A DNA stretch of 64,000 nt from an uncultured Planctomycetia bacterium (GTDB lineage: Bacteria > Omnitrophota > Gorgyraeia > 2-02-FULL-51-18 > JAGOUK01). The notes under the pieces were generated by a model. The model did no database searches and was not told where the DNA came from. It saw only the letters and a program-made list of their open reading frames with translations. Shown one piece after another: positions 37,828 through 51,177 of this stretch (its first letter is position 1; the number at the start of each line of letters is the position of its first letter). Made by a program: the position numbers and the translations under genes. Location: NCBI GenBank assembly GCA_964430735.1, contig CAYSFB010000007.1, forward strand, positions 62,179-126,178, in the 5' to 3' direction.

Positions 37828-39022
37828 AAAAATCAAAGACTGCCGCCACGAAATTTCGGTCGAGCTCGAGCCCAAAGCGGTCGAGGCGGCTTTCCAGGAA
37901 GTGTTCTCGGACATCGCACGCAAGGCCAAGATGCCCGGCTTCCGTCCCGGCAAGGCCCCGGTCGCGATTGTGCAGACCGCCTTTTCCGATACCGCCAAGG
38001 AAGAGGTGGCCAAAAAGCTCGTCGCCGAGTCTTACGCCGGCGCGCTCGAAAAACACGAAGTCCGCGCCGTGAGCTACCCGTCGGTCAAGAACCTCGTTCT
38101 TGAACGCGGCAAAAAAATGACCTTCACCGCGGAATTCGAATCTGCCCCGGAGGTCAAGCTCCGCAAATACAAGGGGCTCAAGATCACCAAGGTTTCGGAC
38201 GCGATCGGCGAAGCGGACATCGAAAAGGTCCTGCTTCAGTTCCGCGAAACGCGCGCCGTCGTGAAGCCGCTCGACGCGCCTCGTCCCGCGGCGGTGGGTG
38301 ACGCGGTGGTCGGCGACGTTGAAGTGCTGGAGGCCGGCAAGTCCGCCCAGAAGAAGGCCAATACGACCCTCGTGATCGCGCCCCGTAAAGAAGGCCAGTT
38401 CTCGCTTGAAGCCCTCGCCGGCGCGTCCGCCGGGGAAACCCGCGACATTCCGTTCGAAGGCGACACCGTTTACCGCATCACCGTTCGCGAGGTGAAGGCC
38501 CGCGAGCTTCCGGCGGCGGACGACGCGTTCGCGCAGAGCTTCGGCAAAGCCGACCTGAACGAACTCAAGGAAGAGATTCGCCGCGACCTGCAGAGCTACC
38601 GGCGCCACGAGGCCCGCGAGAAAATGCAGGAAGAGGCCTATGGCAAGCTCCTGGACGAGAACAAGTTCTCGGTGCCCGAAAGCATGATCGCCCGCCAGGA
38701 AGCCAAGATCTGGCAGGATTCCTTTGGCGGGACACCTCCGGCCGACGCGGCCTCGGATCCCAAGTTCAAGGAAGTGCAGGCCAAGGTCCGGGAACGCGCC
38801 GAACGCCAGGTCCGCCTTTTTTATATTTTGGAAGCCGTCGCCGAAGAGGCGAAGGTGGAGGTGGACGACGCCGAAGTCGAGCGCCGCATCCACGAGATCG
38901 CCGATCAGCATCAGCGCGACCCTCAGGAAGTCCGGGAGCGTTTCGCCGATGAGATCCGCCACGAATTGCTGCAGACGAAGAGCATCGATCAGGTGCTCGC
39001 CGCCGCGCAGATCAGCGAGTAA
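37811..39022 (+). CDS. tig: trigger factor
   Basis: It has the ribosome-binding motif (AKMPGFRPGKAP) and the three-domain architecture. Its start overlaps the hpf end by 17 nt. Confidence 0.85.
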   Translation: MKTNLKKIKDCRHEISVELEPKAVEAAFQEVFSDIARKAKMPGFRPGKAPVAIVQTAFSDTAKEEVAKKLVAESYAGALEKHEVRAVSYPSVKNLVLERGKKMTFTAEFESAPEVKLRKYKGLKITKVSDAIGEADIEKVLLQFRETRAVVKPLDAPRPAAVGDAVVGDVEVLEAGKSAQKKANTTLVIAPRKEGQFSLEALAGASAGETRDIPFEGDTVYRITVREVKARELPAADDAFAQSFGKADLNELKEEIRRDLQSYRRHEAREKMQEEAYGKLLDENKFSVPESMIARQEAKIWQDSFGGTPPADAASDPKFKEVQAKVRERAERQVRLFYILEAVAEEAKVEVDDAEVERRIHEIADQHQRDPQEVRERFADEIRHELLQTKSIDQVLAAAQISE

Positions 39023-39049
39023 CCCGGCCCAAAGCCGTAAGGAGCCACA

Positions 39050-39658
39050 ATGAGCCTCTTGGTACCCATGGTGATCGAATCGTCCAGCCGCGGCGAGCGC
39101 GCATACGACATCTATTCGCGCCTGTTGAAGGAACGCATCATTTTCCTCGGCACGGCGATCGACGACAACGTCGCGAACCTCATCGTCGCCCAGCTGCTTT
39201 TCCTGCAGTCCGAAGACGCCACGAAGGATATCAGCATGTATATCAACAGCCCCGGCGGCTCGGTGACCGCGGGACTTGCGATCTACGATACGATGCAGTT
39301 CCTGCGCTGCTCCGTGAGCACATACTGTCTTGGTCAGTGCGCCAGCATGGGTTCGGTGCTTCTTGCCGCCGGCGCCAAGGGAAAGCGCTTTTCGCTTCCG
39401 AACAGCCGCATCATGATCCATCAGCCGTGGGGCGGGGCACAAGGCCAGGCCTCAGACATGGACATCCAGGTCAAAGAAATCCTGCGTCTTCGGGACCGTT
39501 TGAACGGCATCCTCGCGAAGCACACCGGCAAGGACATGGAAACCATCAAGCGCGACTGCGACCGCGACAACTTCATGTCCGCCGAAGAGGCGATGACCTA
39601 CGGCCTGGTCGATTCCGTGGTGGAAAAGATTCCGGCCGGGAAGAGCATCCAGTCGTGA
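39050..39658 (+). CDS. clpP: ATP-dependent Clp protease proteolytic subunit
   Basis: It has the catalytic triad context ([13 protein letters not shown]) and is 202 aa. Confidence 0.95.
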   Translation: MSLLVPMVIESSSRGERAYDIYSRLLKERIIFLGTAIDDNVANLIVAQLLFLQSEDATKDISMYINSPGGSVTAGLAIYDTMQFLRCSVSTYCLGQCASMGSVLLAAGAKGKRFSLPNSRIMIHQPWGGAQGQASDMDIQVKEILRLRDRLNGILAKHTGKDMETIKRDCDRDNFMSAEEAMTYGLVDSVVEKIPAGKSIQS

Positions 39659-40758
39659 GTTCCTCCCAGCTGCTTCTGACCCCGGGGCCCTCGATGGTCC
39701 CCCAGCGCGTGCTCGACGCGATGGCGTTGCCGATGGTGCATCACCGCACCAAGGACTTCGTCAAAATTGCCGAGCGCGTGGACGAGAATCTTAAGAAGGC
39801 GTTCTGCACCGCGCATCCCGTCGTGAGTTTTTCTTCGTCGGGCACCGGCGCGATGGAGGCGTCGATCGTGAACCTGTTTTCTGCCGGCGACAAGGTCATC
39901 GCGGCTTATGCCGGCAAGTTCGGCGAGCGCTACCGGGACATCGCCAAGGTCTACGGGCTTCAAGTCGTCGAAGTCGTGAACCCGTCGGGCCAGATCATCC
40001 GCCCGGAACAGGTCGCCGAAGCGCTCAAAGCCCACCCGGACGCCAAAGGCGTTCTGATGACGCATCTGGAAACGTCGACCGGTGTCGCGCACCCGATCGA
40101 AGGCGTTGCCGCCGTCACCCGCAACTCCCAGGCCATCCTCATGGTCGATGCGATTTCGGGTCTGACCTGCGATCCGCTCCGCCAGGACGCGTGGGGCGTG
40201 GACGTCGTCGTTTCGGGAAGCCAAAAAGGATTCATGCTGCCTCCCGGCCTCGCGTTTTTGAGCGTGAGCCCCAAGGCCCAGGCGCTCATCCCGGCGTCGA
40301 AGATCCCCAAGTTTTATTTCCATCTCGGCAAGGCGATCAAGGCGCTCGACAAGCACGATTCGCCCTACACCCCGGCCGTCAGCCTCGTACGCGGCCTGGA
40401 TGTAGCGCTGGAGCTTCTGCTGACCGAGGGGATCGAGAACGTCTGGGCGCGTCACGCCAAGGTGGCGGCCTGGGTGCGCGCCGAAGTGACGAAGCTGGGT
40501 CTTCCGATTTTTGCGCAGGCGCCTTCCAATGCGCTCACGTCGATCACGATGCCCGCGTCGATCAACTCGGGTGACCTGATCAAGCACATGCGCGACCAGT
40601 TCAACGTGATCGCCGCCAACGGCCAATCGGAGCTCGAGGGCAAAATCCTGCGCCTGGCGCACATGGGCGACGCCGCCCGGCCCGAATGCGCCGCCAAGGG
40701 CCTCGAAGCGCTCAAATCCGCTCTTGCGGGCGCCGGCTACGCGGCCGCCGCACGTTAA
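39655..40758 (+). CDS. class V aminotransferase (AGXT-like); the likely phosphoserine aminotransferase of this organism
   Basis: A GTG start overlaps the clpP stop. The N-terminal motif is LLTPGPS, and a SQK PLP-lysine motif (GSQKGFM) is present. It lies directly upstream of serA. Confidence 0.7.
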   Translation: MSSSQLLLTPGPSMVPQRVLDAMALPMVHHRTKDFVKIAERVDENLKKAFCTAHPVVSFSSSGTGAMEASIVNLFSAGDKVIAAYAGKFGERYRDIAKVYGLQVVEVVNPSGQIIRPEQVAEALKAHPDAKGVLMTHLETSTGVAHPIEGVAAVTRNSQAILMVDAISGLTCDPLRQDAWGVDVVVSGSQKGFMLPPGLAFLSVSPKAQALIPASKIPKFYFHLGKAIKALDKHDSPYTPAVSLVRGLDVALELLLTEGIENVWARHAKVAAWVRAEVTKLGLPIFAQAPSNALTSITMPASINSGDLIKHMRDQFNVIAANGQSELEGKILRLAHMGDAARPECAAKGLEALKSALAGAGYAAAAR

Positions 40759-40795
40759 TTTTTCAACGATCGACGAACGACAAAGGGACATCGCC

Positions 40796-43691
<2,896 letters not shown>

Positions 43692-43696
43692 CCCAG

Positions 43697-44440
43697 ATGG
43701 AGCGGACGCCCGAACATCCGGCGCTTCCCGTTCACGTTGCTGTGATCATGGACGGCAACGGCCGCTGGGCCCAGCAGCGGGGTCTGCCCCGCGTCATGGG
43801 GCATCAGAAAGGCGCCGAGACGGTCCGGATGATCAAGGACGCCTGTCTCTCGCTCGGCATTCCGCACCTGACCTTGTACGCCTTCAGCCAGGAAAACTGG
43901 AAGCGTCCGAAGACCGAGGTCGACTTCCTGATGAACCTTCTCGACCGTTACCTCGAATCCGAAGCCCCCACGATCATCAAGGAGCAAATCCGTTTTCGCA
44001 CGATCGGAGACCTCGCTCCTTTGAGCTCCAGCATCCGTGAAAAAATCGCCGCCCTTTGCCATGCGACCGCTTCCAACAGCCGACTTACGTTTTCACTCGC
44101 GCTCAACTACGGTTCGCGGCAGGAGATTCTGGAAGCGGTCCGCCGCTTCGTCCGATCCGCGGCCGCCGCGTCGGCCGACGCGGCCGAGTTGGTCCATCGA
44201 GCGGAGGCGCTGGACGAAAAGGCCTTCGAATCCCATCTGGATACGGCCGGCATTCCGGATCCGGATCTGCTGATCCGAACCAGCGGTGAGATGCGCCTGT
44301 CCAATTTCCTGTTGTGGCAGTGTTCGTACAGCGAAATCTATGTGTCCGACAAGCTCTGGCCCGATTTTTCGCACGAGGACTTCTTGACCGCGTTGCACGA
44401 CTTTGCCGAAAGGGAACGCCGGTTCGGAGCGGTGCTGTGA
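43697..44440 (+). CDS. uppS: undecaprenyl diphosphate synthase
   Basis: It carries the cis-prenyltransferase motifs HVAVIMDGNGRWA and ..RTSGE.RLSNFLLWQ. Confidence 0.9.
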   Translation: MERTPEHPALPVHVAVIMDGNGRWAQQRGLPRVMGHQKGAETVRMIKDACLSLGIPHLTLYAFSQENWKRPKTEVDFLMNLLDRYLESEAPTIIKEQIRFRTIGDLAPLSSSIREKIAALCHATASNSRLTFSLALNYGSRQEILEAVRRFVRSAAAASADAAELVHRAEALDEKAFESHLDTAGIPDPDLLIRTSGEMRLSNFLLWQCSYSEIYVSDKLWPDFSHEDFLTALHDFAERERRFGAVL

Positions 44441-45258
44441 TCCAGGCCGCCAACCTGATCCCGCGCGTATTGGCCGGGACGCTGCTGGCCGCCGGAGTGT
44501 TTGCGGGGCTTTGGTGGGGGCCGATGTGGTTCTGGAGCATCGGTGTTGCCCTGGTCAGCGCACTTGGCTGCCGCGAGCTGTTGGAATTATTCAAGGCCCG
44601 GGGCGTGCAGGTCTACCGGATCTTCGGGATCGTGATGTGCGCGATCATTCCGTTGGTTGTTTTTGACGCTGGCGGCGGCACACGGGCCGGCGAGGTGCTA
44701 TTCATCGTTCTTGCCTGCTTTGGTCTTTTTCTCATCCAGTTTTTGCGCTCCGAAAACCCCAGAGCCCTCGAAGGCATCGCGCTCACGCTCTTCAGCATCC
44801 TGTATATCGGCTGGTTCATGAGCCACCTGATCAAATTACGTTTTTTGCCTGAAGGGCATCTTTGGGTCGCATACCTGATCGCTGTCACCAAATCCGGAGA
44901 CATCGGCGCATACGTCATCGGAAGCCTCTTCGGCCGCCACAGTCTCATACCGCACATCAGCCCGAAGAAGAGCGTCGAAGGAACGGTCGCGGGTTTGGCG
45001 GTCAGCGTCGGTGTCTCGGTGGCCTTCGCGGGCCACCTGCCCCTGCCGTTTTCGATACCTGAACTCACCCTCATCGGACTCGTCACCGGCATCGTCGCGC
45101 AGTGCGGTGATTTGTCCGAATCCCTCATCAAGCGCTATTGCGGCGCCAAGGACTCCAGTCGGATCATTCCCGGTTTTGGCGGTTTGTTGGACGTGCTCGA
45201 CTCGGTGCTGTTCACCGCGCCGCTTTTTTATTTTTTCCTGAACGGAGTGCTCGCATGA
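44437..45258 (+). CDS. cdsA: phosphatidate cytidylyltransferase
   Basis: A GTG start overlaps the uppS stop (GTGA). The product has multiple TM segments and the C-terminal CTP-transferase signature KRYCGAKDSSRIIPGFGGLLD. Confidence 0.85.
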   Translation: MIQAANLIPRVLAGTLLAAGVFAGLWWGPMWFWSIGVALVSALGCRELLELFKARGVQVYRIFGIVMCAIIPLVVFDAGGGTRAGEVLFIVLACFGLFLIQFLRSENPRALEGIALTLFSILYIGWFMSHLIKLRFLPEGHLWVAYLIAVTKSGDIGAYVIGSLFGRHSLIPHISPKKSVEGTVAGLAVSVGVSVAFAGHLPLPFSIPELTLIGLVTGIVAQCGDLSESLIKRYCGAKDSSRIIPGFGGLLDVLDSVLFTAPLFYFFLNGVLA

Positions 45259-46439
45259 AGCGGATCGTGATTCTCGGCTCGACCGGCTCTGTCGGCAAGA
45301 ACGCACTCGAGATCGTCCGTTCGCACCCCGGCCGCTTCCGCGTCGCCGCGCTCGCCGCGGACTCGAACGTCGCGGAAATCAAGGCCCAGATTGACGAGTT
45401 CAAGCCCGAGGCGGTCGTCCTGTCGAATCCGGCCGCGGCCGAAGAGCTCAAGCGGCTGGGCGCGTCCGGCGCACGCATCATCACCGGACCCGGCGCCCTG
45501 CGCGAGATCGCCGTCTGGAAAGGAGCGGATCTCGTGATCGCGGCTTCCAGCGGCAGCTCGTCGCTCCTCCCGGTGCTCGACGCCATCGCCGCCAAAAAAA
45601 CGATCGCATTCGCCAACAAAGAACTCCTGGTCATGGCCGGTCGTATCGTGATGGACGCGGCGCGCGAGCACGGCGTCCGCATCCTGCCCGTGGACAGCGA
45701 GCACAACGCCATCTTTCAATGCCTGGAAGGGGAGCGCTGCGCGACGCGCGCTTCGATCCACAAAATCATCCTGACCGGTTCCGGCGGTCCGCTGCGCGAT
45801 GTGCCTGCGGAGCGCTTCCGGGGTCTTTCCGTCGAAACGGTGATCAAGCACCCGCGCTGGAACATGGGGCGCAAAATTTCGGTGGATTCCGCGACGCTGA
45901 TGAACAAGGGGCTCGAAATCATCGAGGCCCGCTGGCTGTTCGACGTCGGTCCCGAGCGGATCGAGATCGTGATCCACCCGGAGGCGGTGATCCATTCGAT
46001 GGTCGAGTTCGTCGACGGGAGCGTGCTGGCGCAGGCGGGCCCGACCGACATGAAGCTTCCCCTGATCCACTGTCTCGGGTATCCTGAACGGATCCCGCAC
46101 CCGGAGCTGCGGACGGATTGGGCGAAGATCGGCAGTCTGAATTTTTTGAAGCCCGACACCTCCAAGTTTCCGTGTCTGGCGATGGCGCTCGAAGCCGCGC
46201 GCCGCGGCGACACCACGCTCCCGACCGCGCTCAACGCCGCGGACGAAGTCGCGGTGGAGGCGTTTCTGTCGGAGCGGATCGATTTTGCGGACATTCCTTT
46301 GGTGATCGAACGGGTTTTGGCGCGTGACCGCGCATCGGAGCGCCCGGCCCTGGAGGCCGTGCTGGAAGCCGATGCGCTGGCGCGCGAAGAGGCGACGCGC
46401 GCGGTGTCGGATCTGTCCGCCGCGTTCCGTCTGAGATAG
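45255..46439 (+). CDS. dxr: 1-deoxy-D-xylulose 5-phosphate reductoisomerase
   Basis: It joins cdsA through an ATGA overlap. It has the motifs ILGSTGSVG and ..PVDSEHNAIFQ. Confidence 0.9.
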   Translation: MKRIVILGSTGSVGKNALEIVRSHPGRFRVAALAADSNVAEIKAQIDEFKPEAVVLSNPAAAEELKRLGASGARIITGPGALREIAVWKGADLVIAASSGSSSLLPVLDAIAAKKTIAFANKELLVMAGRIVMDAAREHGVRILPVDSEHNAIFQCLEGERCATRASIHKIILTGSGGPLRDVPAERFRGLSVETVIKHPRWNMGRKISVDSATLMNKGLEIIEARWLFDVGPERIEIVIHPEAVIHSMVEFVDGSVLAQAGPTDMKLPLIHCLGYPERIPHPELRTDWAKIGSLNFLKPDTSKFPCLAMALEAARRGDTTLPTALNAADEVAVEAFLSERIDFADIPLVIERVLARDRASERPALEAVLEADALAREEATRAVSDLSAAFRLR

Positions 46440-46447
46440 GAGAATTC

Positions 46448-47545
46448 ATGCTGCTGTTTTTATCCGTCCTGAGCATTCTGATCGTCACGCACGAGTGGGG
46501 ACACTACATTACGGCGCGCCTCCTGGGCATCCGGGTCGAGCGGTTTTCGATCGGCTTCGGCCCGATCCTGCTCCGTAAAAAAGCCAGGACCGAGAACGAC
46601 ACCGAGTTCTGCGTTTCCCTCATCCCGATGGGCGGCTACGTCAAGCTCGCGGGCGAGTCGTCCGAAAGTTCCACCGGCGCCCCCTGGGAATTCCACACCC
46701 GTCCCAACTTTCACAAGTTCCTCGTCGTCGTGGCCGGACCGGCGGTCAACGCGATCGTCGCGTTCCTGATCTTCGCGGCGATCTTCGTCGCGGGACAGCC
46801 GGTCGTGACGACGCAGGTCGGACAGGTGATGCCGGATCTTCCGGGCGCCGCGGCGGGGCTTCAGCCGATGGACCGGATCACCGGGATCAACGGAGTGAAG
46901 GTCCGTTACTGGGAAGAATTGCTTGCCGAATTGCCGAAGCACCGGGACGGAGCTCTCGTGATCGACGTGGTCCGCGCCGGAACCGGCAAGGAAGAGCGGC
47001 TGGACCTCACGGCCAAGCTCATCCGCCAAAAAGACATGTTCGGAAAGGAACACAGTGTGCCGCGCATCGGCATCCTGCCGTCCGGCGAGGCCGACGTGGT
47101 TCGTCGTTCGCCGCTGGAGGCCATGGGCGCCGCGGTCAACAAAGTCGCCCAATTGTCCCTCATGATCCTGGCGTCGCTGGGCGCGGTGATCAGCGGAGCC
47201 GTTTCGTTCAAGGATTCGATGGCGGGGCCGATCGGTATTTACGTGATGACCCAGGAAGCGGCCAAAATCGGCTGGATCTACCTCTTCGACTTCATGGGGC
47301 GCCTCAGCGTCAGCCTCTTCGTGATCAACCTGCTTCCGATCCCGGTGCTCGACGGCGGCCACCTCCTGTTCATCGGGATCGAGAGCGTCACGCGCCGCAA
47401 GATCTCCGACCGGATCAAGGATTGGGGTCTCAAGATCGGCATGACGCTGGTCCTCGGCCTCACCGTTTTTGTGATTTACCAGGACTTCATCAAATACAAC
47501 ATCGTGGCCAATCTCTGGAACGCCGTGAAAGGACTCATCTCGTAA
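46448..47545 (+). CDS. rseP: site-2 protease / RIP zinc metalloprotease
   Basis: It has the HEWGHY zincin motif, a PDZ region and an LDGG motif. Confidence 0.85.
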   Translation: MLLFLSVLSILIVTHEWGHYITARLLGIRVERFSIGFGPILLRKKARTENDTEFCVSLIPMGGYVKLAGESSESSTGAPWEFHTRPNFHKFLVVVAGPAVNAIVAFLIFAAIFVAGQPVVTTQVGQVMPDLPGAAAGLQPMDRITGINGVKVRYWEELLAELPKHRDGALVIDVVRAGTGKEERLDLTAKLIRQKDMFGKEHSVPRIGILPSGEADVVRRSPLEAMGAAVNKVAQLSLMILASLGAVISGAVSFKDSMAGPIGIYVMTQEAAKIGWIYLFDFMGRLSVSLFVINLLPIPVLDGGHLLFIGIESVTRRKISDRIKDWGLKIGMTLVLGLTVFVIYQDFIKYNIVANLWNAVKGLIS

Positions 47546-49293
47546 TGCGCTACAGCCGCCAGCTGCTCCCGACGCTCAAAGACAATCCCCAGGACGCCGA
47601 AACGCTGAGCCACCGGCTCATGCTGCGGGCGGGCCTCGTCCGCAAGCTGGCGAGCGGAACGTACACGTACCTGCCGGCGGGCCTGCGCGCGCTGGCCAAG
47701 GCCGAAAAGATCGTCCGCGAAGAAATGGACCGCGTCGGCGCGCTCGAGATCCTGATGCCCGCGCTCCAGCCGGCCGACCTCTGGAAGGAGACGGGCCGGT
47801 TCGACATCCTCGGCGAGGACATGATCCAGTTTGAGGACCGCCACGGCAAACTCAATGTCCTCGGTCCCACGCACGAGGAGATCATCACCGACCTCGCGCG
47901 CCACGAGATCCGCTCGTACCGCCAGCTGCCGGCCGTGCTGTATCAGATCCAAACCAAGTTCCGTGACGAAATGCGCCCCCGCGCCGGCGTCATTCGCAGC
48001 CGCGAATTCATCATGAAGGACGCGTACAGCTTCCACCTGTCCGCCGACTGCCTCGACCGGACGTACGAAAAGATGCGCGAAGCGTATTGCCGCATCTTCA
48101 CGCGCTGCGGTCTCAAGTTCTACATCGTGCAGGCCGACCCGGGCGCGATGGGCGGATCCGGCTCACAGGAATTCGTCCTTTTCTCCAAGGCAGGCGAGGA
48201 CCGCATGGTGCAGTTCGGCGATTCCGACCGCGTCATGAGCGCAGAGATGGCCCAGCGCAAACTCAAAGGTCTCGCATTCCCGACGGAAACCCCCGGTAAT
48301 TTCAAGGAGCTCGACACGCCCAATGCGTCCAGCATCGAGGCCGTGAGCGCGATGCTCAAGGCCAAGCCGCAGCAGCTCGTCAAAACGATGATTTACACGG
48401 CACCCGCGTCGGCATCCAAACCCGCGCAGACAATCGCAGTTCTCGTCAAAGGCACGGACGAAGTCAGTGAATACAAGGTGAAAAAGCTCGTCTCCGGCAT
48501 CCGCATGGCCACGCGTGACGAAATCGAAGCGGCCGGTTCGGCTTTTGGCTACTCAGGCCCGATCGGACTCAAGGTCGACCGCCTGCTGGTCGACGAAGAC
48601 GTGATCGAGATGCCCAAGATGATCGTCGGCGCCAACAAGCGCGACAAGCACCTGGTCGGCGTCACGCCGGCCGACGTTGCAAAAAACACCCAGGCCCAGG
48701 TCACGATCGGCGATTTCCGTCTCGCCAACGATGGTGACACCGGCGTCGCCGACGGCCGCGAAGAAAAACTCTCGCTCAAGACCGCGATCGAACTCGGTCA
48801 CATCTTCAAGTTGAACCTGCGCTATTCCGAGCCGATGCAGGCCCGGTGCATGGACGAGACCGGTGTTGAAAAGCCGATGATCATGGGCTGCTACGGCATC
48901 GGGGTGAACCGCATCATCGCCGCGTCGATCGAGCAGGCCTCGACCGAACAGGGGATTCACTGGACATCGCCGGCCATCGCGCCGTACGAAGTGCTGCTGC
49001 TCACGACCAGCATCAACGACGCGGAGCTCATGCAGGCCAGCGAAAAGATCTACGAAGAAGCCAAGGCCCACGGCTGGGATATTCTGTGGGACGAGCGCGA
49101 CGTGTCGGCCGGTATCAAATTCAACGATGCCGACCTTTTGGGCGTCCCGGTCCGCATCACCTTGGGACCCAAGACCTTCAAAGCCGGGGAAGCCGAGGTC
49201 AAAGACCTTCGGACCGGATTGGTGCACAAAACGCCGCTTTCGGACCTCCTGAGTTTTGTGTCCGGACTTCTCGTTCAGCCCGCCAAACCTTGA
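47545..49293 (+). CDS. proS: proline--tRNA ligase (bacterial type with editing insertion)
   Basis: It joins rseP through a TAATG overlap. It has class II aaRS motifs and is 582 aa. Confidence 0.9.
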   Translation: MRYSRQLLPTLKDNPQDAETLSHRLMLRAGLVRKLASGTYTYLPAGLRALAKAEKIVREEMDRVGALEILMPALQPADLWKETGRFDILGEDMIQFEDRHGKLNVLGPTHEEIITDLARHEIRSYRQLPAVLYQIQTKFRDEMRPRAGVIRSREFIMKDAYSFHLSADCLDRTYEKMREAYCRIFTRCGLKFYIVQADPGAMGGSGSQEFVLFSKAGEDRMVQFGDSDRVMSAEMAQRKLKGLAFPTETPGNFKELDTPNASSIEAVSAMLKAKPQQLVKTMIYTAPASASKPAQTIAVLVKGTDEVSEYKVKKLVSGIRMATRDEIEAAGSAFGYSGPIGLKVDRLLVDEDVIEMPKMIVGANKRDKHLVGVTPADVAKNTQAQVTIGDFRLANDGDTGVADGREEKLSLKTAIELGHIFKLNLRYSEPMQARCMDETGVEKPMIMGCYGIGVNRIIAASIEQASTEQGIHWTSPAIAPYEVLLLTTSINDAELMQASEKIYEEAKAHGWDILWDERDVSAGIKFNDADLLGVPVRITLGPKTFKAGEAEVKDLRTGLVHKTPLSDLLSFVSGLLVQPAKP

Positions 49294-49319
49294 CAAAAAT
49301 CAGCCCATTCTGCTATAAA
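49290..49319 (+). promoter_or_regulatory. near-consensus sigma70 promoter for the rimP-nusA-infB operon: TTGACA, 18-nt spacer, TATAAA(T)
   Basis: The TTGACA at 49290-49295 overlaps the proS stop codon. TATAAA is at 49314-49319. Confidence 0.6.
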
Positions 49320-49341
49320 TAACCATCTCGCAAGAGATGCC

Positions 49342-49369
49342 AAGTGGGTTTTTCAGCCCACTTTTTTTA
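49342..49369 (+). terminator. rho-independent terminator/attenuator in the rimP leader: aagtggg-tttttcag-cccactt followed by TTTTTT
   Basis: A 7-bp stem is followed by a T-run. It lies downstream of the promoter and 35 nt upstream of the rimP ATG. Confidence 0.6.
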
Positions 49370-49403
49370 TTCTCTTAACGCAGCTGTTTTCCGGGACCGC
49401 ATT

Positions 49404-49880
49404 ATGGCCGCCGACATCGAAACACGCATCGCCGAATGGCTCGCCGCTCAGCCGGGATTTGACGCTTTTGAAGTAGCGGCACTGACCGTCCGCCGGCACG
49501 GCAAGCGCAGTTTTGTCGAGATCCTGCTGGACCGCGTGTCCGGCCAGATCACGCTGGACGAATGCGGCCGCTGGAACCGCGCGCTCTCGAATCATCTTGA
49601 GCAGGCGGACTTGTTCGCGGGTCCGTACGTGGTCGAGATTGCGAGTCCGGGGGCGGATCGGCTGCTCACGCGACAAAAAGATTTTGAGCGGGTTTTGGGC
49701 AAAAAGCTCAAGGTCCGCTATCAAGACGACGCCGGGTCGGTCCGCGAAGCCGCGGGCCTGCTTGAGCGGGCCGGCGAAGCGGGGATCGGGCTTCGATCGG
49801 ATGGACAGACGCTGGAGCTGCCTTACGGCCGGATCCAGCAGGCACGGCAAGAGATCACTTTTTCAAAAGGAAACGAATGA
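49404..49880 (+). CDS. rimP: ribosome maturation factor RimP
   Basis: It starts at the internal Met of ORF 49344. The product is 158 aa and lies upstream of nusA. Confidence 0.8.
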   Translation: MAADIETRIAEWLAAQPGFDAFEVAALTVRRHGKRSFVEILLDRVSGQITLDECGRWNRALSNHLEQADLFAGPYVVEIASPGADRLLTRQKDFERVLGKKLKVRYQDDAGSVREAAGLLERAGEAGIGLRSDGQTLELPYGRIQQARQEITFSKGNE

Positions 49881-51172
49881 CCATGATTGGTAATGCAGAA
49901 CTGATAGCCGTTCTCGAACACATCGAACGCGAAAAAGGCGTTTCGCGCACCGTCCTCATCGAGGCGATCGAATCCGCCTTGGCCACCGCCGCCAAGAAAA
50001 TCCTGCACAATCCGGAAGCCGAAGTCACCGCCAAGATTGATCCGATCACCGGCTCCATCGACGTCGTTTCGGAAGGCAAGAAACTCAAGTCCACCGAGTT
50101 CGGCCGCATCGCCGCTCAGACCGCCAAGCAGGTGATCATCCAGAAGATCCGCGACGCCGAACGCGACGTGATCTACGAAGAATTCGAACCCAAGGTCAAC
50201 CACGTGATCAACGGGACCGTCTACCGTTACGACAAGGGCACCGTCATCATTGACCTCGGCAAAGCCGAGGCCATTCTGCCCAAGCGCGAACAGTCCCCGC
50301 GCGACATTTACCGCCAGGGCGACCGCATCCGCGTGTTCGTCATGGAAGTTTCCAAGAGCGCCAAGGGTCCGCAGATCATCGTTTCGCGCAACCACCCGGG
50401 CCTCGTGAAGCGCCTGTTCGAGCTCGAAGTGCCGGAAGTGCTCGACGGCATCGTCGAGATTCGCAGCGTGTCCCGCGAAGCCGGCGACCGCGCCAAGATC
50501 GCCGTCTGGTCCAAGGATGAAAAAGTGGATTGCGTCGGCGCCTGTGTCGGCATGCGCGGCCAGCGCGTCAAAAACATCGTGCGCGAGCTTCAGGGCGAAA
50601 AAATCGACATCGTCCGTTGGAGCGACAACGTCAGCGAATTTGTCCGCGCCGCGCTCAGCCCCGCCGAATGCCTGCTGCTTCAGGTCGAAAGCCAGGAAGA
50701 AAAGCGTGTCACCGTCGTCGTCGACGAAGAACAGCTGTCGCTGGCCATCGGCAAGAACGGGCAGAACGTGCGCTTGGCCTCGAAGCTCACCGGCTGGAAC
50801 ATCGACATCAAGTCCAAGGCCGAGAACGTCGAAGCCGCCGCGCAGAAGTTGAGCGCGAGCCTTGGCGAAGCTTCCGTGCTGGATCTCGAAGCGCTCAGCG
50901 ACAAGGTCAAGCAGACGCTGGATGCCGCAGGCATCAAAACGGTCGCCGCGCTGCGTCAGACGTCGAAGGAAGACCTCCTGAAGCTCGACGGTATCGGCGA
51001 CAAGACCGCCGACAAGATCCTCGAGGCCGCCGAGACCGCTTCCCAGGAAACTCCCGAGAGCGCCGAAGAGTCCGCCCGCGCGGCCGCCCAGCGGGAGCTC
51101 GAAGCTTCGGTCAAATCGAATCTGCTGTCGCGTGAACCCAAATCCAAGAGCCGTTCAACCGAGAGCGAGTAA
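49877..51172 (+). CDS. nusA: transcription termination/antitermination factor NusA
   Basis: It has an S1 domain, two KH domains and a C-terminal HhH repeat. It joins rimP through an ATGA overlap. Confidence 0.9.
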   Translation: MTMIGNAELIAVLEHIEREKGVSRTVLIEAIESALATAAKKILHNPEAEVTAKIDPITGSIDVVSEGKKLKSTEFGRIAAQTAKQVIIQKIRDAERDVIYEEFEPKVNHVINGTVYRYDKGTVIIDLGKAEAILPKREQSPRDIYRQGDRIRVFVMEVSKSAKGPQIIVSRNHPGLVKRLFELEVPEVLDGIVEIRSVSREAGDRAKIAVWSKDEKVDCVGACVGMRGQRVKNIVRELQGEKIDIVRWSDNVSEFVRAALSPAECLLLQVESQEEKRVTVVVDEEQLSLAIGKNGQNVRLASKLTGWNIDIKSKAENVEAAAQKLSASLGEASVLDLEALSDKVKQTLDAAGIKTVAALRQTSKEDLLKLDGIGDKTADKILEAAETASQETPESAEESARAAAQRELEASVKSNLLSREPKSKSRSTESE

Positions 51173-51177
51173 ATTCC

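Noticed and set aside
49294-49403. Intergenic gaps screened for tRNA/ncRNA genes (also 3896-4048, 7311-7436, 28004-28081, 62120-62203)
   Set aside because: None has the length or conserved tRNA features (a GTTC-type T-loop, acceptor pairing). Their structures are better explained as promoters and terminators.
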